Program-made: the position numbers and the translations under genes
Source: Bilabrum cf. latius
Taxonomy: Eukaryota
Direction: 5' to 3'
Length of the DNA: 64,000 bases
Assembly (NCBI GenBank): GCA_965178125.1
Contig: OZ237771.1
Coordinates: 1 to 64,000 of the forward strand
Part shown: positions 10,428 to 19,979 of the stretch, one piece after another
Layout: each line of letters opens with the position of its first letter
Numbering within the stretch: position 1 is the first letter of the stretch
The notes under the pieces: generated by a model
What the model saw: only the letters and a program-made list of their open reading frames with translations
Database searches by the model: none
What the model was told of the DNA's origin: nothing

Positions 10428-13400
10428 AGAAATCGGGCGGTCGACATTCTTGGGATGTCGAGAGAAGTCGCAGACAAGTTCACCAGGGGACAGGCGGACC
10501 TCGTCATGCAACTGTACACCGCAATCGGGTCAGGCTGGGTCCCACCACTTGCACGAATGCTCCTGACTTTAGGACGGGGCATCGGGATTGAGAAGCCGGG
10601 GAAGCCGGAACCCAGGCCACTCGGTATGGGCTCCAACCTCCTGCTTCCACTCCTTAAACATCTTGGCGACGGGCTCAAACCGTTGGTGGTGAAGAGGTGC
10701 AAGCCAGAGCAGTTCGGAGGTGGTCTTCCCTGTGGGGCAGATGCCATCTCATTCTTGGTTCGTGTGTATCTATCCACGTTCCCTGATCGTGTGGCAGCCC
10801 ACGTGGACATGAAGAATGCCTACGGCACGGTGGAGAGGGAGTCTATCATGAAGGTGTTGAGGGAGGAGAAATCCGAGGCCCTCCCCTTTGTGGCAGCACA
10901 GTTTAGATCGCCAGGGTACTCGGCGATCGTAGGATCGGATGGTGAGGTTGACATCCTGAAGAACCGGCAAGGGGTGGTCCAAGGATCACCCATGAGCCCG
11001 CCGTTGTTCTGCCTTGGTTTTGACAGGGCCCTGAAGGCAACACGAGCAGCACATCCCGACGTACTAATCCTTGCGATTGCGGATGATGCATTCCTGCTTG
11101 GAACGCGGGAGAAAGTAGCTCTTTGCATGGCTACCTTGAGAGCGGAGGTGGAGAAGGACAACCTCACGCTGCAGCCCACCAAGACGGAGTTTCACTCCCC
11201 GTCGGAGTCCACGCGGGTCGCGATCCGCGAGGATATTGATGCAGGGAGACTCCAGGGCACGCTGAACGCAGCGGGGATCGTCGTGGCTGGCATCCCGGTG
11301 TCACGTACCAGGGAGTTTGTGGAGAAGCACCTGGGAGAGCGGCTGGTGGATGTTGCAAATGGGGTCGTTCTATGCGGCCTTCTGAAGCCATCACTAGCGG
11401 TGTACGTGTTCAGGACGTGCATCCAACCCAAGTGGCAGCACTTCTGCAGGAGCGGTATTCTCATTGGCCTGGAGAAAGGGGGGACGCTGCAGAGAGTTGA
11501 ACGCCTCGAGGAGGCGTTCACGGACCTGATAGCCAGTTTCGACACAGGCCTCTATAGGGCGAACGACCAGCTCCTACGAGCTGAGTGCGTCCGCCACCAG
11601 AGGAAAGCTCCTCTAGCTCAGGGAGGAGTCGGGCTTGCACTGATCCCAGAACGTCTTGCCCTGGTAGCACGGTTCGCAGGCATGGTCCTCGATGTGGTAC
11701 CAGGACTAACTGGCCTGGCGATGAAGTACAACCTGGATTTCATGAGCGGGCTTAGCCAGCTCGAGGAGGCAACCGCAGGCCCAGTCAACAACCAACACGA
11801 CACGTACGGACTTCACAGTGCGCCTGTGCTCTAGGTGGCAGACTGGGCTGTGCGCTGGGTACTGTACAAGATGAAGGGACTGGTCCGATCGGCCAAAGAG
11901 GACCCCAACCAACGCCTCAAGTACCAGCTGTGGCACCAACCGGTGCCCCACGAGGACATGCCAGGATGTCTCAAGTCGGTGTGGGACCCGACGAGACTCG
12001 AAGAGATGCTGAGCGACCCAGAGACGAAGGCAGCACTCGAGAAGTAGGTGAAGTGTGCGGAGCACAATCTCATCACACCGGACCCGATTGAGAAGGTCAA
12101 GGTGGAAATTGCCAAGAAAGTGTTCATCGAGGTGGACCCGATGGACAACGTGTCAAGGGCGAAGCGGACCGCCGCGAACCCGGAGAGGTTCATGTTGGAG
12201 GCAAAAGGGTTGAAGAGTCACCTGAGGCATATGCAACGGCTCGCTGGGGACGATCCGATGAAGTTTGGTGGCCACCACGAAAGTTTGATGAAGAAGGCTG
12301 CAGATCGTGCCTGCACGGAGATGTTTCTGGTGAAGCCCTTCCAGAACATCCCAGGGTTCCAACAACGCCTCCTAGGAGAAGACCAACAGTGGGCAGACAG
12401 GGCCCGAGTGGAGATGCAGAGAGCAAGGGCGCTGATCAGGAGCTGCAGGTCAGCCGACGCAGGGGCGTTGCTACGCGCCTGCTACGTGAAGGAGCAGTTT
12501 GGTTATGGCGTGACCATTCCTGCCAACAAGGGGTACCAAGAGGAATTTTGCAGGCGTCTGATGGGACCGTCACCATCGGCAAGGCAGGCGCAGGAGGTGC
12601 TCAAGCGGATGCGGCACCAAGACGGGACACACGACCTGGAAGCTGAGATGAACCTGGTATGCCCGGACCCCGAGTGCCGATGCGGCACCGGGTACATACA
12701 CCAGGTAAGACACATGAGCTGCTGTGGGAACAGGCTGAAGCGAGCCACCGACAAGGGGCGGCTCACGGGCATCCACGAGACTGTGAAGAGGGAGTTGTGC
12801 AGGATCGGCCAGCACGCGACAGGATATAAAGCGTCATCCGAAGACACGGGACAGTACTTGGAGGGAAAGGATTACAGGATGGATTTGGTGATCCACAGAG
12901 GACCAGGGGAGAAGGAGATCCTAGTCGATGTGACTTGCGTGGACCCGCTTGCCCAAGCCGCACTCGCACCGATCAACTAGAGGTTCAAGAAGGGAGCACG
13001 CGAGGGGGAACGCACCGGACCTGCGAAACCCGTGGGCTCGGACTACCAGGATGAGACTGCCTGGGTCAGGGGAGCATTCAGGAAGCACAGGGAGGTTCAT
13101 TTGGAGGTGCCTCCGCACCGGAGGATGGCTGGTCGTATCCCCACGGGGGCGACGGGGAACCCAGTGAAGACGCTGAAAAATCCCAAAACGGTGATCTTTC
13201 GGGATTTTGTGATCCAGCCTTCAGGCAGGATCGGAGATGGAGCCAGAGGGGTCCTCAAGCTGCTAGCACGCATCAGGCGTAAGCGGCTCGGGAAGAATGG
13301 GAGCAAGTCAGTGGATGCCCAGGTCAGGTTCTGGGCTCGGGATATCGCCAGGTTGGTCGCCATGCGGAACGCAGCTTTCACGAGCAAATTTAACCTTAAC

Positions 13401-13835
13401 GCTTGTGAGCTGCTGAAGCAGAGGGAGGCAACCGGCGCACAGGGAGCGGCCGCAGCAGGAGCTGGTGGTTAGGTGGGAGAGCTGGCAGCGGGAGTTGCGC
13501 AGCTAGGAGTGGCACTACAGCAGGCTGGTGGAGCTGGTGGTGCGTAGGGTTTGGATGCAGCTGGAGCGCCAGCTGTGCCCGCAGTACCTGCTGCAGCTGC
13601 AGTAGGAGCTGAGGGTGCAGCACCGGACGAGGCGGCTGATCCGAACGCAATCGAACACGAAGGCATCGCGAACGCAGATGGACCGCAAGCAGCGCAACTC
13701 CCCCACGGAGGAGCGGCCCAGCTTGCGGAGCCCATGGCGTGAGCTTGCTGATCCGTTCGACCTGCCCAGTGCGATTGCCTCTTGGGGTGGTCGTTGTAGT
13801 TGGGTAGTGTGTGCTTTGACTCAGACATATTATAT
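10428..13835 (+). mobile_element. 5'-truncated non-LTR retrotransposon (CRE-like RT + Zn knuckle + RLE; family A) with 12-bp TSD
   Basis: TSD tctctctcgcac at 10416-10427 and 13836-13847. The ORF begins within the RT at the left junction. A short 3' UTR ends in catattatat. Confidence 0.9.
10455..13742 (+). CDS. Reverse transcriptase-endonuclease ORF (~1,095 aa, N-terminally truncated), continuous with TAG=Gln
   Basis: RT motifs PRPLGMG, VDMKNAYGTVER, GVVQGSPMSPPLF and IADD. CRCG..H..C knuckle. RLE H..VKREL..RMDLVI..ILVDVTCVDP..FRDFVIQPSGRIG. TAGs at 11832, 12045, 12978, 13470 and 13545; ends in TGA. Confidence 0.9.
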
Positions 13836-13945
13836 TCTCTCTCGCACTCCTCCGCATCGCTCCGTCGCATCTGAGCCTGCTCCTCGAGCGGGTCCTGCGC
13901 CCACCGAGTGACCTCAATCTCAGAGACCTTGCTGGCCTCACCAAC

Positions 13946-14520
13946 AAGCGAGGCTCAGACAGAAGTGACGAAAGCGCAGAGAAAAACGGAGTGCAGGACA
14001 AGCTGAGGACGTAGAGCAGGAAAGCAGACAGGCGATACATGGATGGAACGTACAAACCGAAAGGATGTACGGGGCCAAAAAAGTGTACGGTAAGTGATCC
14101 AGAGAAATACGATTTTCAACCTTTCGTGTTCCTCCACACTGGACGTGTAGCAAAGCAGAGCAGAGGAGTGCTGAAGCGACTAGCCGAGATACGCAAGGCA
14201 AGAGGCAAGCAGGGAGGAGTGGTAGCAACTGTGCGGAAATGGGAGCGCTAGATTGCGAAAGCAGCGACGCATTATCGGGAGTCCAGGCTGGACATCTTTT
14301 ATACCAGCCTGTGCGATCGGATGTGGCAAAAGCTCTCGCAAGCTCGTGCTGCTGAGTTTGCGGGTGGTGCCACGGAGGAGCAGGTAGCCGATATCGGAGC
14401 TAATGGACTTCAGCTGGGACAGGATGCTAACGATGCACCCAGAAATATAGACAATGCGGCGGATCCGGGAGTAGCGCAAGGGCAACTCGCTCAAGCCGAC
14501 CCGGGTGCCGCACCGTGCCG
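13946..14520 (+). mobile_element. RLE C-terminal fragment of a family-A-related retrotransposon
   Basis: YDFQPFVFLHTGRVAKQSRGVLKRLAEIRKAR..VRKWER[TAG]IAKAA, followed by an Ala/Gln/Asp-rich tail. Homologous to 13190-13400. Confidence 0.75.
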
Positions 14521-14542
14521 GTGCCGAAAGTTGAAGAACTTT

Positions 14543-16364
14543 GGGGGGGATCTGATATTTTTTGGACTCAACTCAAAAGCGCACGCTATCACGAAGAAAC
14601 ATCTGGAACGAGGGCCCGGGACCTACCAGACTTCACGCTTCAGCTGCAATGGCCTAAACCACCTAAGCTCCACCCTGGGGACCCATTTCCCCCTGGGGAG
14701 CGTCAGCGTTCACGTTCCCTCCGGCGCCCGCTGCCGGCACCCCGTCCTGCTGCCCGTTCTGAGCCAACCCTGCCTTGGCGTTGGCGATCGCCACGGCGAG
14801 GTTGTTGTTTTCGGCTGCCCCTACAGCCAGGCTGGCAAAGTCCTCCCGGACCGCCCTTGCGAGCGCCCGTTTGGCCTTCGCTGCAGCCCTCCTCGATCCC
14901 TTCGAGACAAAATCGAGGATCCTTGAGTGGTCCTGCATGACCCGTGAGTACATAGTGTGGTACACACGCTGATCCCCGCGCACGTGCTGGTGCTAGGCGG
15001 CAACGGAGAGGCGAGCCTTTGCCACAGAAGACCACGAGAGGCGTGCGTTGGCCGGACGAGTCGAAACCCGCCGCCCTTTGTCCTCCTACCTCTTCTTCGA
15101 GCACCTACAGGAACTCGACCGACTTCTGCCCGATCCCCCCCAACACGTCCACCACAAAGGGTACGACCCGCACGCCACTGCGTACCGCCCCTTTCTGCGT
15201 CCTCACGGTCCCAGGACACCACTTGTCTTCTCCTCCGATCCGGACGCCGAGCGCTCCGAGGTCGACGGGCCTGCCGTAGCTGGCCAGCTTCGTGGCATGC
15301 GCGGCCCGCAGAGCAGACCCCTCTTGCCAGTCGCTGCCAATCCTCCACGACGAGCGGTCCCACCGGTAAGTTGCCGCAGTGGAATCAACCACCGTGACAT
15401 CGATGAGATAAGCCGTCCCCTCGTGCTCAAAGAATAGGTCGCCTCGTGGCACGAGCGGACCGCGCCGACCCGGCAGCCGGGCCACTTGGCCCTCTGGCTC
15501 CCGGATAGGGCGTCTGCCCGTGGCCTCGCGGACCACCTGCTCGAGCACGTTGAGCACCCGGAAGTGCCTGCGGCCTGGAAGGCCTCCGCAGACACGCTTG
15601 TCCTTGCACGTGGCACCGTGGCGAACTGACTAGATCAGTTCGACTACCTTGCCCTGCTTCCGGCACCCCGGGCAGATCTGCGTGACGCGCCACGCCTCCC
15701 CACATGCACCGTGCGTTGCCCCAAGAGGTTGTGGGGGACAGCTGCACGGCTATGGGATGGCGAGACGCTGGCAGAACATGCCCCGGGCATCTTCAGGCTG
15801 GACTCGGCTCAGGACAGAGAGCGGCGCATGCAGCCAAGACCCGGCTCCTTGGGACCTGGCGGCGCGGATTGTGGCTCGCGCCACTCCTGCGTACTCTCTG
15901 GTGACTGCATCGACTGGAGCGAGTCTGTCGTGCGCAAGCGGAGATGAGGCATCCCAGAGGAGCCTCTCCACCTGCACTCGCTCAGCCAGTGCCGTCACAT
16001 GGCTCTGGTTGTGCCCTCCTGCGGCACCTTCGAGAAAACGAATAACCGCCTGCGATGCGGTGGGTGCCGGCTGCTCCCCAGCCAGCTGCCTCGTCACCCA
16101 TGCCCGAAGGTCCTTCACCTCCAGGCGCCAGGGTTCAGTGGCCCCACCGCACAGCTCCATACGGGCTGCCTTCTCGGCTGGGCTGCCCAGGAGTTCCGAA
16201 GTGCGGGCTGTGTCCCACACCATACCATAGCGTGGGGGGACGTCAGCCTCCGGAACAAGTGGAAGCAACGGACTCGGGAAACCAGCCATCCCGAAATTGT
16301 CTTGCTTCCCCTCTTGTACGAGTCTCCCGTACTTCGAGATTGCGGTCATCACAGTGTCCACAAG
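14543..16364 (-). mobile_element. 5'-truncated non-LTR RLE retrotransposon (family B, copy 2)
   Basis: VWDTARTSELLGSP..RATIRAARSQGAGSWLHA..CPGC..H..C..RRHFRVLNVL..PRGDLFF..YLIDVTVVD..VVPFVVDVLGGIG. One frameshift near 15095. Flanked by gaagaacttt at 14533 and 17897 (hAT-1 lies between). Confidence 0.88.
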
Positions 16365-17888
16365 CAGACCTGAGAGGGGGGGGGGGGGGGGACACTGTCC
16401 CCCCCCCTTCGGCGATGAGGGGGGGGGGGACACGTGGAGCGGATTTCCGGATCCCCTGAGAAGGGGTGTCCCCCCCCCCCCCCCCCTTGCCCTCCCAAGC
16501 CGGCCAGGCGGCCTCAGCAACGTACAGGCCCTGATGCACCCTCCTTAGACCCTATGGCAGCACCTACGTGCATGCCATACCCTATTTAGGCTCGCTTGGA
16601 TGCCTAGCAGTGCTAACCTAGCACCAAAAGAATTCAAGACGATCTGTCAGTCCTGAGCTCTTCCACCCCGAATGGAGGCGATTGACTGGAGAAATGCCAA
16701 CCTCCACTCTTCGTGGCCTGCCTCTTCCGTTAATCAGATTACGATGTCTAACGCTACAATTCCTCTTCCCACCTACGGACAAGGTGTTGCGGCGTTCTCC
16801 TTCTTCGCAGAGCCATCCTCATCGCACAGACGCTTATCATCTCATTTGACGTCAACAACGAATCAGACTCTGTCTCCTTAATACCACATACCGTGTGAGG
16901 CTTGCAAGTTGCAACCGCTCGTCTTCCGATGGCTGTCCCAGCTCATCGCTGACTACAAGCAGGCAGCGTTTGCTGCGGCTCTTGCTGCTGGTGCTGCTGC
17001 TATGGATGATGATGAGACAGACGAGGCACGTCGAGGTGTAGGGTAAGTATGAGCTGCAAGTCATCACCGAGGTGCAGGTGGGGGCTGCCATCGCCGGTAC
17101 CGAGTTCATCCACGTCGCGAGGCTGTCGTCAGCGGAGGTGGAGCGGGTCTTCTCCGTGGCAAAGGCGGTGGGGGATTTGCGCAGGGTGAGCCTGAGCGTG
17201 ACACAGCACCAGTTTGAGACCAAGTGCCGCGTGGGGCGGCGACTGTGCCTGCGGCTGCTCGCAGTGCTCGGCAAGTACCTTCGGGAAGGAGGAGTACGTG
17301 ACCCAGAGGCATCCGTGGCGTAGATTGCTGACGTGCTCGATCAGTGCCTGCCACGCCACGACCTGGCGATGCAAGGCGAAGCCTATGAGGGTGAAGAGAT
17401 GCTGGACGGGATGGAGGAGGGTGACGCAGACGGGGCTGCGGCTGGGGAGGGTGGTGGTGACGGCGAGCTCTGAGCGGTATGGTGGTGAATCGACTGTGCT
17501 GGGGCAGCTGGTTCCTGGAGTTCAACTAACTGAATGATTTTCCATCTTTTCTTTCTTCCATTTCACGGCTAGTAGCCGATGGCCAAGAAATCGAGTAATA
17601 CAGATTTATTGGTTACGTTACGTTTTTGCGAACTCTCCGCCATCGGCCTGAAGAGAGTAGAAAATGGCACAATGTTACTCAAAATCATCTGAAAAGCACG
17701 AATATGCCCTTAGATTTTATATTTGATGAGTGGAAGTGCCTTTTCTTGGGGGGGGGGGGGGGACCAGGGGGTCTCAGGGAGGTGTCCCCCCCCCTGTCCC
17801 CCCCCTGTCCCCCCCTTCCCCCCCCCTGTCCCCCCCCTGTCCCCCCCCCCTGTCCCCCCCCCCTGTCCCCCCCCCCCTCTCAGGTCTG
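16365..17888 (+). mobile_element. Non-autonomous hAT DNA transposon (hAT-1) with a transposase dimerization-domain remnant
   Basis: TIRs cagacctgagaggggg / ccccctctcaggtctg. 8-bp TSD tccacaag at 16357-16364 and 17889-17896. Subterminal tgtccccc repeats. hATC-like motif SSAEVERVFSVAK..RRVSL at ~17125-17195. Confidence 0.93.
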
Positions 17889-17906
17889 TCCACAAGGAAG
17901 AACTTT

Positions 17907-19457
17907 GGGGGGGATCTGATATTTCGTGAACTCAACTCAAAAGCGCACGCTATCACGAAGAAACATCTGGAACGAGGGCCCGGGACCTACCAGACTTCAC
18001 GCTTCAGCTGCAATGGCCTAAACCACCTAAGCTCCACCCTGGGGACCCATTTCCCCCTGGGGAGCGTCAGCGTTCACGTTCCCTCCGGCGCCCGCTGCCG
18101 GCACCCCGCCCTGCTGCCCGTTCTGAGCCAACCCTGCCTTGACGTTGGCGATCGCCACGGCGAGGTTGTTGTTTTCGGCTGCCCCTACAGCCAGGCTGGC
18201 AAAGTCCTCCCGGACCGCCCTTGCGAGCGCCCGTTTGGCCTTCGCTGCAGCCCTCCCAGGCCTGAGCAGGGGGGGTACGAGGCCCTCGTACCCCCCACTC
18301 GTCACACTTAGGGGTACGAAATTTGGCGGATCTCAGGGCAGACCGCCTCGTACCCCCCCACGGTGTCGATGGATGCAGTTGACATGGGTTCTACCCGAAA
18401 AAAGACATAGACGAAGAAGTCATTGTGCGAGAAGGTGAAGGACAGGGAAAAGCTAGCCTGGGAAACCGCTGAGAGCACAGGCTGCGCTCACGGACGCTGG
18501 CCCGGGGCTCCAGAATTCGGGCACTGCACCCTCAGGCTGGCGGTGCGCACCCCAAGCGGAGTGACCACCCCGAGGTCGAGGCTGGAGGGCGTGCAGCTAG
18601 ACGACGGGAAACACCCGCTGCAGCTCGTGGCAGACGTTGAGGTATTCTTCAAGAGCTACCGATCCTAGTACGCCGTGTGCATGCCAAAGCTCAAGCCGAG
18701 GAGCTCGAACTGGAACGGGTGCCGGTTGCCTATGGTGATGGAATGGGTCACAGAGGTAAAGAGCTCCAGGTCTAGGTGCGGCCGCAGGAAGAATTACCCA
18801 CGATACAAGACATAATCAAATGTGAGGTACATCGGTTCCATCCATCCTTCCTCAGCGGGTGAACGAGTCTTATCGGTGTGGAATGTAGTTGCCGACCAGC
18901 AACGGGTCAACCTTTTCATTCGCTAGCGGAAATTCGAGATGAGATACAGAGTAGATATATCTACTATGATGCGAGTGCTGTAGCTCCAGTTGGAGGCAGA
19001 AGGTGTCACACCGGCGGGAGAGGTCTGCGAGGAGGTCTGGGAAATCGCTTCCGAGCACCTTGCGGCATCACTCATGCCAGTTGCAGCAGACTAAGCTGAT
19101 AGAGAACTTAATTACAACTGGATTGAAGAAGATGAAGGATAATTGGTTCCCTGTATCTCGCTTGAAGATGGTCCATGATTTTTTGAGAATATATCAGAAT
19201 CCGGGGTTGCGTGACATTTTTTCGATGTCGAATTTTGCGACCGAGTTGTGTCCCATCCAACTCAGCTCGCTCTGGGGAGTCCAAAAATGCCTTCAGATCC
19301 TGTATAGCACTATAGGAAGTTGGTTTTTAGGGGGGGTACGAGATTTGGCGTTTTTTGGAGCCTCGTACCCCTCCTCGTACCCCTCCTCGTACCCCTCCTC
19401 GTACCCCTACCGTGCACAGGCCTGAGCCCTCCTCGATCCCTTCGAGACAAAATCGAG
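17907..19457 (-). mobile_element. Short 3' copy of family B retrotransposon (copy 3), interrupted by hAT-2
   Basis: 17907-18256 plus 19433-19457 are near-identical to 14543-14918. Flanked by gaagaacttt at 17897-17906 and 19458-19467. Confidence 0.9.
18257..19424. mobile_element. Non-autonomous hAT-like DNA transposon (hAT-2)
   Basis: TIRs caggcctgagca / tgcacaggcctg (1 mismatch). 8-bp TSD agccctcc at 18249-18256 and 19425-19432. Subterminal ctcgtacccc repeats at both ends. The empty site is visible in copy 2 at ~14885. Confidence 0.92.
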
Positions 19458-19979
19458 GAAGAACTTTCGATAAGTTTTGTTGTGTGCGATTATCTCAATA
19501 CGTTATTTACGGACGGACATTCTACAGTATCTAGTAAGCACCAGCGTACTTCGTGCCTCATACCTCGAATTTCCCACTGCATCCCTTTCATCAAAGTCAC
19601 TTTGTTCGGGCTGTGGGTTTGCCTGTATCAGGGTTTGTTCGTTCTGTTCCGAGAGGCTATCGTTCTTTCTAGCACATTTCTCTCGCTCAGAAAGGCGCTG
19701 CATCCAGCCAGGCGCAGGCATTAGCTTGTGTGAGTTATCTTGCATTCAATAGGCGAGAGCAGCACCCCTTATTTGCCCTAGGTGCCTGTCGTGACTGAGT
19801 AAGTAAATGTCGCATGAGCGCATGCGACCTTTTAATCGGCCTCGGGTGCCACCTGACACAGGCTCAGTGTAGCTGCTCTGCGCTTGGTCTGTGTTAAAGC
19901 TGTCGTGTATTTCTTGTAGTTGCTTCTGACTTGTAGTTGGTTGTGCAAAGTTCTTCGCTCGGCCTCGCAGCTCGATCTC

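Noticed and set aside
10400-10430. (CT)n + CAG as a splice acceptor feeding the RT ORF
   Set aside because: Better explained as the insertion target, because tctctctcgcac is duplicated at the element's 3' end (13836-13847).
13865-13930. HDV-like ribozyme (tctgag/ctcaga pairing, tcctcg loop)
   Set aside because: I could not fit P1 or the P1.1 GG, and the second copy alters the loop. Kept only as a generic structured-RNA candidate.
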